Positions 11,219 to 19,540 of a DNA stretch of 64,000 bases are shown piece after piece. Position 1 is the stretch's first letter. Every line of letters begins with the position of its first letter. The stretch lies in NCBI GenBank assembly GCA_963798085.1, contig CAWCRS010000010.1:96001-160000 (forward strand), in the 5' to 3' direction. Both the position numbers and the translations under genes were made by a program. Origin of the DNA: an uncultured Gemmatimonadales bacterium (GTDB lineage Bacteria > Gemmatimonadota > Gemmatimonadetes > Longimicrobiales > RSA9). The notes below the pieces were generated by a model. That model had not been told where the DNA came from, did not search any database, and saw nothing but the letters and a program-made list of their open reading frames with translations.

Positions 11219-12627
11219 CGTCGCGCGCGGGCATCATCACCGTCGCGCTCCTGCTTGCCACCGGCGTCTCGGCGCAGCAGCGCCCGCCCGCGCAGGACAC
11301 CTTCCCGCATCTCACACACGCGCGACTGTTCCCGTTGTGCGATGCGTGTCACGCGGGCATCAGCAGTGGCGTCCGGGCGGATGCGTTCCCGACGCCAGCG
11401 AATTGCGCGTCGTGCCATGATGGGCAGCGCGTGCGCCGGGTTTCGTGGTCGGGACGGGCGGCGCGTGCGTCCAACCTGAATTTCGCGCATCCCCGGCACA
11501 TCCTCGCGATCCGCAACGCGGGGGACTCGCTGGATTGCGCCGGCTGTCACTCCACGGGGGATACGGCGCGCATGGCGGTCGGCCCGCCGGATCCGAACGC
11601 CTGCACGGGCTGCCACGCGCACCAGGCGCCCGGGCACCTGAGTCCGGGGCGCGATTGTTCGACCTGCCATCTCCCGCTCACGGCCGCGACATCCCTGAGC
11701 GCTGCGCGCGTGTCGGCTTTCCCGAAACCCGCCAGCCACCAGGCGCCCGACTTCCTGCTTCAGCACGCGCCGGGTTCCGCCGTGGACCGGACTTCGTGTG
11801 CGACCTGCCATGCCCGCGAGAGCTGCGCCCGCTGCCACCTCAATGCGGATTCGGTTCCGGCTATCGCTGCGTTAGGCCGCGATGCGCGCGTGGCGGCTCT
11901 GGCACGCGACAGAGCCCCCGTATACCCGCAGCCGGCCAGTCACAGCACTTCGGTATGGCGTGCGAAGCACGGCGCGGAGGCGGTCGCGAACGTGGCGCAA
12001 TGCGCGAACTGCCACGCGAGGTCGAGCTGCACCGCGTGCCATCGCGACCGGGCGCCGCCCGAGGTGAGCCGCCTGCCGGTGTCAGGCGAGGCCGATCAGC
12101 GGGGCGTCGTGCTTCCGGCCCGGGTCACGCAGATCCACCCCGCAGGCTTCGTGAAGCTGCATGGGCCGGAAGCCGCCACCATGGAAACTTCCTGCCAGGC
12201 GTGTCACGCTTCGGCGTTCTGCGAGAAGTGTCACGCCGGGCCGGTTTCGCCCTCCTTCCACGCACCCAACTTCCTTGCGCGGCACGGGCCCGATGTCTAT
12301 GCCAATGACATCGAGTGCACATCCTGTCACAACCCCGAGGTCTTCTGCCGCGCGTGTCATGCGGGGTCGGGACTGGCGTCGAGGGGACGCCTGGGCGTCG
12401 CCTTCCATACGGCGAATCCGCTCTGGATCGTGGGCCACGGCGGCGCTGCGCGGCAGGGGCTCGAAGGGTGCGCATCGTGCCACCAGCAGTCGTTCTGCAC
12501 GCAATGCCATTCCGCGACCGCGGGCTGGCGCATCAATCCGCACGGTCCCGGCTTCAACGCGGCGCAGATCGAGAAGGCCAATCCTCTGACCTGTCGCCTT
12601 TGTCACGCGGGAGGCCCACCGCGATGA
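11215..12627 (+). CDS. periplasmic 16-heme c-type cytochrome
   Basis: Signal peptide MTSRAGIITVALLLATGVSAQ; 16 CxxCH motifs counted; ATGA overlap with porin stop. Confidence 0.93.
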   Translation: MTSRAGIITVALLLATGVSAQQRPPAQDTFPHLTHARLFPLCDACHAGISSGVRADAFPTPANCASCHDGQRVRRVSWSGRAARASNLNFAHPRHILAIRNAGDSLDCAGCHSTGDTARMAVGPPDPNACTGCHAHQAPGHLSPGRDCSTCHLPLTAATSLSAARVSAFPKPASHQAPDFLLQHAPGSAVDRTSCATCHARESCARCHLNADSVPAIAALGRDARVAALARDRAPVYPQPASHSTSVWRAKHGAEAVANVAQCANCHARSSCTACHRDRAPPEVSRLPVSGEADQRGVVLPARVTQIHPAGFVKLHGPEAATMETSCQACHASAFCEKCHAGPVSPSFHAPNFLARHGPDVYANDIECTSCHNPEVFCRACHAGSGLASRGRLGVAFHTANPLWIVGHGGAARQGLEGCASCHQQSFCTQCHSATAGWRINPHGPGFNAAQIEKANPLTCRLCHAGGPPR

Positions 12628-13976
12628 CGCAACAGCTCGCCGCATCCCGCGGCAAGGAACGCGCTGTGCGTTGCCGCTTCGCGCGCCGCGCGCGCGGGCT
12701 GATCCGGCTCGCGCTCCCGTTCCTTCTGCTTTCGAGCGCGAGCACGACCGTGTCGGCACAGCAGCTGCGGCCGGAGCGGTGCGCGGAGTGCCACAGCAAG
12801 CTGAGTGACGATCGGCTCTCGAAGCCCGCTCGCCTTTTCCCGACCGACATTCACGCGCAGAAGGGGTTCGGCTGTCTGGCCTGCCACGGCGGCGCCGCAG
12901 GTCACGACGCGGCCGCCGGCTTCCTCAGCAAGCCGGAACGCCGGGACATCCCCCGCCTGTGCGGTCAGTGTCACTCCGATGCGCAGTACATGAAGCAGTT
13001 CAACCCCGCGCTGCGCACGGATCAGGTGTCGGAGTACTGGACGTCGGTGCACGGGCATCGGCTCGCGGAAGCGAACGACCCGAACGTGGCGACCTGCGTG
13101 GACTGCCACCGCGTGCACGAGATCCGGCCGCCCAACGATCCGAAGTCCAGCGTGTTCCCGCTGAATGTGGCCGAGACCTGCGGCCATTGCCACGCCGACG
13201 ACAAACGCATGGCGCAGTACAGGATACCGACCGATCAACTGAGCAAGTGGCGACAGAGCGTGCACGGGCGGCTGATGTCGGAGAAGGAAGACCTCTCGGC
13301 GCCGACCTGCAACGATTGTCACGGCAATCATGGCGCAACGCCGCCCGGCATCGGCTCCATCCGCAATGTGTGCGGCCAGTGTCACGCCACTAACGCCGAT
13401 TTCTTCAGCGCAAGTGGTCACGTCGAGATCTTCGAAAAGGCGGGATTGCCCGGCTGCGAGACCTGCCACAGCAATCACGCGATCATGCCGGTGAGTGACG
13501 ATATCCTGGTGCGGCGCAATGACGAGGTCTGCCGCCGCTGTCATGCTCAGAATGACACGCTCGGCGGCGAGTTTCGCGCCATGGCGCTGTTGCTCGATTC
13601 GCTGAAGACCAGCTTCGATGAGAGCCAGCAGATTCTGCGCGACGCCGCCAATGGCGGAATGGAAGTCAGCCAGGCGCAATTCGAGCTGGAGGATGTGAAC
13701 AACGCGCTCACCAAGGCGCGTTCGTCCATCCACACATTCCATGTCGAACCCGTCAGAACGAATGTGGAAGCCGGCCTCAAGCTCACGGCCGCCGGCATCG
13801 CGCGTGGCCGCGACGCGCTGGGCGAGCATACGTTCCGCCGCCAGGGCCTGGCCCTGAGCGGTCTCGTGATTCTGCTGCTCATTACGGGCCTGCTTCTGAA
13901 GATCCGGCAACTCGAAGCGCGCAGCGCGCACGCCAACGGTGCAGCGGGCAGCCTGGAGGAGGACACGCATGGCTGA
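12624..13976 (+). CDS. membrane-anchored 9-heme c-type cytochrome (probable cytochrome c subunit of Rieske/cyt b complex)
   Basis: 9 CxxCH; YWTSVHG / WRQSVHG repeats; helical region and C-terminal TM helix GLALSGLVILLLITGLLL; ATGA overlap. Confidence 0.92.
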   Translation: MTQQLAASRGKERAVRCRFARRARGLIRLALPFLLLSSASTTVSAQQLRPERCAECHSKLSDDRLSKPARLFPTDIHAQKGFGCLACHGGAAGHDAAAGFLSKPERRDIPRLCGQCHSDAQYMKQFNPALRTDQVSEYWTSVHGHRLAEANDPNVATCVDCHRVHEIRPPNDPKSSVFPLNVAETCGHCHADDKRMAQYRIPTDQLSKWRQSVHGRLMSEKEDLSAPTCNDCHGNHGATPPGIGSIRNVCGQCHATNADFFSASGHVEIFEKAGLPGCETCHSNHAIMPVSDDILVRRNDEVCRRCHAQNDTLGGEFRAMALLLDSLKTSFDESQQILRDAANGGMEVSQAQFELEDVNNALTKARSSIHTFHVEPVRTNVEAGLKLTAAGIARGRDALGEHTFRRQGLALSGLVILLLITGLLLKIRQLEARSAHANGAAGSLEEDTHG

Positions 13977-14421
13977 CAGAAAAGCTGAACGGGTTACGCG
14001 CAAGCATTTCGTCGACTGGCTGATCGGCTCCAGCCTGGGCGGATTCCTGGTCGCCGTATTCTATCCGGTCACGCGCTACCTGATTCCGCCGCCGGTGAAA
14101 GAGGCGTCCGTCGGGTCTGTCACGGCGCCGTTCCAGCCCGGCGACCTGCCGGCGAATTCCGGCAAGATCTTCAAGTTCGGCAACGTGCCGGGCATCCTCG
14201 TCCGCACGCCGGCGGGTGAACTGCGCGCATTCTCGGCGCGCTGCACGCATCTCGCCTGCACGGTGCAGTATCGTGACGACCTGAGTCAGATCTGGTGCGC
14301 GTGTCACAACGGTCATTATGACCTGAACGGGCGCAATGTGGCTGGTCCTCCGCCACGCCCGCTCGAATCCTACGACGTCGCCGTGCACGGCAACGAAATC
14401 GTCGTGCGGCGCCGGGCCTGA
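13969..14421 (+). CDS. qcrA: Rieske 2Fe-2S protein of a cytochrome bc complex
   Basis: CTHLAC and CACHNGHY boxes, GPPPRPL; N-terminal Tat-like TRKHFV followed by TM helix; GGAGG RBS. Confidence 0.93.
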   Translation: MADRKAERVTRKHFVDWLIGSSLGGFLVAVFYPVTRYLIPPPVKEASVGSVTAPFQPGDLPANSGKIFKFGNVPGILVRTPAGELRAFSARCTHLACTVQYRDDLSQIWCACHNGHYDLNGRNVAGPPPRPLESYDVAVHGNEIVVRRRA

Positions 14422-14429
14422 CGGCAGCC

Positions 14430-15506
14430 ATGGTACGCGAGCGATTCTCCGCACTGATCCACTGGCTGGACAACCGCATTGGGGTCAGCGGCCTGGCGCC
14501 GCTGGCGCGCAAGAAGAAGGTGCCGGTGCACCGCCACACGTTCTGGTACTACATGGGCGGGATGCTGGTCTTTCTGTTCATGCTGCAGGTTTCCACGGGC
14601 GTGCTTCTCCTGTTCTACTACCGTCCCAGTGCCGAGCACGCGTACGAATCCGTGCAGTTCCTGATGGCGGAAGTGAAGTTCGGCTGGCTGGTGCGGTCGA
14701 TTCACGCGTGGGGCGCGAACCTCATGATCTTCATGATCTTCGTGCACCTGTTCAGCGTGATGCTGCTCAAGGCCTATCGCAGCCCGCGCGAGCTGACGTG
14801 GCTGTCCGGCGCCCTGCTGCTCATGGTGGCTCTCGGCCTGGGCTTCACCGGTTATCTGCTGCCCTGGAACACACTCTCCTTCTTCGCCACACGCGTGGGC
14901 ACCGAAATACCCGGTGTGCTGCCCGGGGTCGGCCAGTTCATCCGCCAGTTCCTGCGCGGCGGCGAGGACATCAGCGGCGCCACGCTCACGCGCTTCTATG
15001 CGCTGCACGTCTCGGTGCTGCCGGGAATGGCCATCATGCTCATCGGCCTGCACGTGCTGCTGGTGCAGAAGCACGGCATGAGCGTGCCGCCCGGCGTGGA
15101 GAAGCAGGGCGGGAAAATGCGCAGCATTCCCTTCTTCCCTAACTTCCTGTTACGCGACCTGGTGGGCTGGCTGTCCGCGCTCACCATTCTGGCCGCGCTG
15201 GCGGCGTTCTGGCCGGCCGAGCTGGGTCAGAAGGCGGATCCCTTCGCGCCGGCCCCCGCCGGCATCCGGCCCGAATGGTACTTCATGTTCCTGTTTCAGA
15301 CGCTGAAATACCTGCCCGCGAAGATTCTGGGAATCGATGGCGAGCTGATCGGCATCGCGGGATCCGGCATCGCGGCGGTCGTGCTGCTGATCGTTCCCTT
15401 CGTGGATCGCCGCTCCAGCAGGCTCTGGACCTTCGTGGCCTGGGGCGCCCTCCTGTACATCATCGTGCTGACCACGCTCGGCTACATGGCCAATCCGGAG
15501 AGCTGA
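14430..15506 (+). CDS. qcrB: cytochrome b subunit of bc complex (b6 + subunit IV fused)
   Basis: RSIHAWGAN...[22 protein letters not shown]...GLH, IRPEWYF motifs. Confidence 0.95.
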   Translation: MVRERFSALIHWLDNRIGVSGLAPLARKKKVPVHRHTFWYYMGGMLVFLFMLQVSTGVLLLFYYRPSAEHAYESVQFLMAEVKFGWLVRSIHAWGANLMIFMIFVHLFSVMLLKAYRSPRELTWLSGALLLMVALGLGFTGYLLPWNTLSFFATRVGTEIPGVLPGVGQFIRQFLRGGEDISGATLTRFYALHVSVLPGMAIMLIGLHVLLVQKHGMSVPPGVEKQGGKMRSIPFFPNFLLRDLVGWLSALTILAALAAFWPAELGQKADPFAPAPAGIRPEWYFMFLFQTLKYLPAKILGIDGELIGIAGSGIAAVVLLIVPFVDRRSSRLWTFVAWGALLYIIVLTTLGYMANPES

Positions 15507-15510
15507 CGCG

Positions 15511-16227
15511 TCACGCCGACTGCAGGTGACGGTGGCGCATCGCCAGGTGCAGCAGCACGACTTCGACGGGCAAGGCGGCCCATATGGTGATGCCCAGTGC
15601 CAGCAGCGCCGCGCCGGCGGCTGACACACGCGCATTCGTCCACCAGATTTCGGGACGGATGATCACCAGTGCAACCAGCAGCACGGTGAATGTCGTGATG
15701 CCCAGCACTGCGCCCCAGCGCCGCTCCGGCCAGCGTTGCACGGCATTGCTCACCGCACGCCACGCTTCACGCGCACACCAGCCGCACACCACCGCTCCCG
15801 CCACCCAGCCGAGTGCCGCCCCACCGATCAGGAACGGCTGGTGTACTGCGATCGCCCAGCGCGAGATGGAGATCCACAGCGTGATCATGAAGCTCACGAG
15901 AACGGCAGGAATGGCCCAGATCAGGCCTGCAATCGCCGCAGCAGCAGCGCGACGCCGGCTCATATCCGCGGACCGACCAAGGACACCGAGCACGCTGCCG
16001 TGAAGCAGGCCGAGCAACGTCCCCGCAAGGAACATGAACTGCGTGACATCGGCGCCGGCGGTGACGACGAGCGGATTGATCATGGCGGGCAGAGCGACCA
16101 GAAAGCCGCCCAGGACAATGCCCCCTGCCATGCCCGACGCCAAAACAAGACGGCCCGGCAGGCCGGGGCCGGAGATCAGGCAGGCGCGAACTTCTGAGGC
16201 GAACTTCGCAGACCTCGTCTCGTCCAT
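15511..16227 (-). CDS. hypothetical integral membrane protein (~6 TM)
   Basis: Multiple hydrophobic segments; GGAGG RBS upstream; stop faces the cytochrome b stop. Confidence 0.7.
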   Translation of the reverse strand: MDETRSAKFASEVRACLISGPGLPGRLVLASGMAGGIVLGGFLVALPAMINPLVVTAGADVTQFMFLAGTLLGLLHGSVLGVLGRSADMSRRRAAAAAIAGLIWAIPAVLVSFMITLWISISRWAIAVHQPFLIGGAALGWVAGAVVCGWCAREAWRAVSNAVQRWPERRWGAVLGITTFTVLLVALVIIRPEIWWTNARVSAAGAALLALGITIWAALPVEVVLLHLAMRHRHLQSA

Positions 16228-16422
16228 GGTACCCTCCGAATGCTCACGCGTCCTCCCTGACCGCTCGCGTCAACGCGAGCCGCCCTCTATGCGGACGCTG
16301 GGATCCATTCGTCGGGTCGCTGGCGTCAACCACCGCACCGCTCCCCACACCGTAGCCACCCCATGCCAGACTGAAACCTGAACGCCCCCGGGGGTGCGCC
16401 CCGGCGCGCTCCGTACCGTCGT

Positions 16423-17280
16423 TTACGACGCGAGCCGGGCGGCGACAGCCGACACGGCGAAGTGTCCATGGCGCGACGCCACGCTACGTTGTATCATGAT
16501 GCGCCTGCTCGCGCCATGGCAAGCAGCGCCGCCAGGCGCTGCGCAGCGTGAAATGTCACTGTTAGGTGAAGTGGATCCGTCGTTGGGCCGCACCTTGACG
16601 CATTTCTCAGGACAATACGTTGATTCCATTACATTCGTGACGCGGTGAGTTTGCAGTGGCTTCGGACCACCATCTCTCACGTTGCCTGCGGCTTCACCGC
16701 TGCTCTTCAGCCGACTAGCGTGTGCACCGAGCTCAAGAGCAGCCTGACACCCTTCGGCCGTGGGTGGACCGACCCGCTTTGCTCGGAATGAAAGCCATTC
16801 CGTATGGCTTGTGCCGTCGAAGTTGTTCTGCTCGACCGCTCCAGCAATTCCCTCGCCGGTGTGGCGGCCTCGCAGGTATTGCGCCGCATCCGGTGATCCA
16901 TAGACCTGCACCCATATCTGACCGTTGCGTTCCCTCCATTCTGAAAACCCTGCCGGAAGGATCCCGCCGTAGAATTCCCGGCCATGGACGGTGGCCCGGC
17001 TCCGATCGAAGCCGAAGCACATGTTCGGCTGGGCGTCCGCCGAGGGCATGAGCCAGCGAGACTCCTCAAGTACGCGGCGGACCAGCTCGGCCGGGAGTGA
17101 TGACAGGTCCAACGGGCTTGAGCCGAGAACGAATCGACCGCTGGCGATCGTGTCGGCTGCCGCATCATCGCTGCTGAGCACTTGAAACGTGTACTCGCCA
17201 GCGATGCCCTGTGGAGGCTGTGCGGCTACCAGTCCGAAAACGGGCTGAACAGCGATAAGTACTGCCTGAGCGAGTGTCAT
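16423..17280 (-). CDS. hypothetical exported protein
   Basis: 285-aa ORF with a hydrophobic N-terminus in a lower-GC segment; no recognisable motif; 3' end uncertain. Confidence 0.5.
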   Translation of the reverse strand: MTLAQAVLIAVQPVFGLVAAQPPQGIAGEYTFQVLSSDDAAADTIASGRFVLGSSPLDLSSLPAELVRRVLEESRWLMPSADAQPNMCFGFDRSRATVHGREFYGGILPAGFSEWRERNGQIWVQVYGSPDAAQYLRGRHTGEGIAGAVEQNNFDGTSHTEWLSFRAKRVGPPTAEGCQAALELGAHASRLKSSGEAAGNVRDGGPKPLQTHRVTNVMESTYCPEKCVKVRPNDGSTSPNSDISRCAAPGGAACHGASRRIMIQRSVASRHGHFAVSAVAARLAS

Positions 17281-17764
17281 GGTAGACCGCCTTGAGAAGC
17301 GCTATCTGGTCTGCGGCTTTCATGCCTGCCGGAGTCTCTGATGCGGATCAGACCAACCGACGAATCACGACCGCGCGTGCCGCTATACTCTACGTGAATC
17401 CTGCCAGAAGGATCCATTTCACCTGAAAGCGCAGTTTACGAAGTCTCGCGCGGCGGCAGTATCAGCATATCGTCGAAACTCCGTCGCAATCAGCCTACCT
17501 GCCGGGTCAGGGACTGGAGTACCGGAGCGCCGCCGCCATTCCGTGCCACCTGCGCCGCCATTTCGGCGGCACCTCATTAACACTTTGTTATAGAGGCGGC
17601 AGGCGGCCGCTGCTGGTTTGCGCCGGCGGCGCCTCGACTCTTTCCGGGCCCGCGCATTGCTCCGTGCCCGCGACAGTTCTACCTTGCACATACCGGATCG
17701 CGCTCGGCCCAGGATGATCCGTGCGCGTTCCGGGGCAATCGCAACGCCCACCGCCCTGGATATC

Positions 17765-19540
17765 ATGCGACGACTGCGACCTCGACCTCCGTACGCATCC
17801 GTCCTGCTCCTCGCCGTGACACTGGCCGCGGCCTGTGCAGCGCGGCAGACACCCGCACGCACGGCGCCCTCGCCACAGCCGGCCGCGGCAACGCTGTACC
17901 AGCCTTCCCGCGCGCTGGGTGCGCTGTTCCGCGATGTGCAGCTGAGCCGCACGTTTCCGGACTCGAAGACATTCGTGGATGCGAGACCCAGGCTGCCCGC
18001 GCCCGAAATCGACGCGCGCTACGACTCCGCGCGCGATGCTGCCGGCTTCGACCTGCATGCGTTCGTCGCACAGTACTTCGTCCTGCCACAGTCGCGTGCG
18101 ACCGCGTTCCACACGGACTCGTCGAATTCCATGGAGCAGCACATCCGCGCGCTGTGGCCGGTGCTCACGCGCCCGGCCGATTCCGCACACGTGCGTTCTT
18201 CCCTGATTCCACTGCCGCACCCCTACGTGGTGCCGGGCGGTCGGTTCCGCGAGATCTACTACTGGGACTCGTACTTCACGATGCTCGGGCTGGTGACCAG
18301 CCAGCGCACGGACCTGATGCGTGACATGCTCGACAATTTCGCGTACCTGATCGCGCGCTTCGGGCATATCCCGAATGGCAATCGCACGTACTATTTGAGC
18401 CGCAGCCAGCCACCGTACTTCGGCGCCATGGTAGCGCTCTATGCGGCGGCCACCGACACAGCGAGTGCGCTGCCGTATCTGGGTGCGCTGGAGGCGGAGC
18501 ACGCATTCTGGATGGATGGTGCGGATCGTATCTCGCCGGGCCAAGCCTACCGTCGCGTGGTGCGCCTGCCCGATGGCTCGCTGCTCAACCGCTACTGGGA
18601 TGACCTTCCGGAGCCGCGACCCGAATCGTACCGCGAAGACCATGCACTGGCACAGCAGCTTCCCGCAGACCGGCGCGCGGCGTTCTATCGCAATATGCGC
18701 GCTGCCGCGGAGAGCGGCTGGGACTTCTCCAGCCGCTGGATGCGCGATCCCGCGGACCTGCGTTCCCTGGAAACCACAGAACTCGCGCCGGTCGATCTGA
18801 ACAGCCTGTTATACTGCAGCGAGCGCGTCAGCGCGGCGCTGCGCACGTTTCGCCATGGCCCCGGCAATGCCGCAGTGGCGCAGCGCTTCGCCGCGGCGGC
18901 GGCTGAGCGGCGGCGCGCACTGCTGGCCGCCGCATGGGATCCGGCGGACAGCTTCTTCTACGATGTGCGCTGGCGCAGCGCTGCGCGTGTCACCGATCGG
19001 CCGACCATGGCGGCTGCGGCGCCGCTGTACTTCGGTCTGGCCACGCTGGCGCAGGGCCGCGCTGTGGCGGCACGGCTGGAGCGGAATTTCCTGAAGCCCG
19101 GCGGCTTCGTGACTACAGGCATCCGCTCCGGCCAGCAGTGGGATGCGCCCAACGGCTGGGCGCCTCTGCAATGGCTGGCCGTCGAAGGGCTGCGGCGCTA
19201 CGGCCGCGCGGCTCTGGCGGACACGGCCCGGGCGCGCTGGCTCGCCCTCAATCGCAGGACGTATCAGGCGACCGGCCGCATGACCGAGAAATACGATGTC
19301 ACCGACCTCCAGCGCCCTGCGGGCGGCGGCGAGTACCCCACGCAGGATGGCTTCGGCTGGACCAACGGCGTGGACCTCGCCTTCTCCATCGGCTTCCCGT
19401 TCCCGATGGGGTCCGGCGAGCAGCGCGACCGCCCGCGCCGGCCGACTCGCCGGGCCCGGGCGGCGTTGCGTCTTACACCTCGAGCCGGTCCTGCGGCCTC
19501 GCCACGAGCAGGTAGAGCGCGGGCATCAGCAGGATACTGA
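17765..19540 (+). CDS. treA: alpha,alpha-trehalase (GH37), lipoprotein-type signal
   Basis: FPDSKTFVD, VVPGGRFREIYYWDSYF, YYLSRSQPP, AAESGWDFSSRW, QQWDAPNGWAPLQW, GGGEYPTQDGFGWTNG; lipobox LAAAC. Confidence 0.95.
   Translation: MRRLRPRPPYASVLLLAVTLAAACAARQTPARTAPSPQPAAATLYQPSRALGALFRDVQLSRTFPDSKTFVDARPRLPAPEIDARYDSARDAAGFDLHAFVAQYFVLPQSRATAFHTDSSNSMEQHIRALWPVLTRPADSAHVRSSLIPLPHPYVVPGGRFREIYYWDSYFTMLGLVTSQRTDLMRDMLDNFAYLIARFGHIPNGNRTYYLSRSQPPYFGAMVALYAAATDTASALPYLGALEAEHAFWMDGADRISPGQAYRRVVRLPDGSLLNRYWDDLPEPRPESYREDHALAQQLPADRRAAFYRNMRAAAESGWDFSSRWMRDPADLRSLETTELAPVDLNSLLYCSERVSAALRTFRHGPGNAAVAQRFAAAAAERRRALLAAAWDPADSFFYDVRWRSAARVTDRPTMAAAAPLYFGLATLAQGRAVAARLERNFLKPGGFVTTGIRSGQQWDAPNGWAPLQWLAVEGLRRYGRAALADTARARWLALNRRTYQATGRMTEKYDVTDLQRPAGGGEYPTQDGFGWTNGVDLAFSIGFPFPMGSGEQRDRPRRPTRRARAALRLTPRAGPAASPRAGRARASAGY

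Noticed and set aside
9742..12627. Naming these genes mtrB/mtrA
   Set aside because: The barrel is much shorter than MtrB and the heme counts and spacing differ from decaheme MtrA; orthology cannot be supported by eye.
16440..16570. Complete integron attC site
   Set aside because: An RYYYAAC is present, but I found no complementary GTTRRRY at suitable spacing with paired L boxes, and no integrase in the window.
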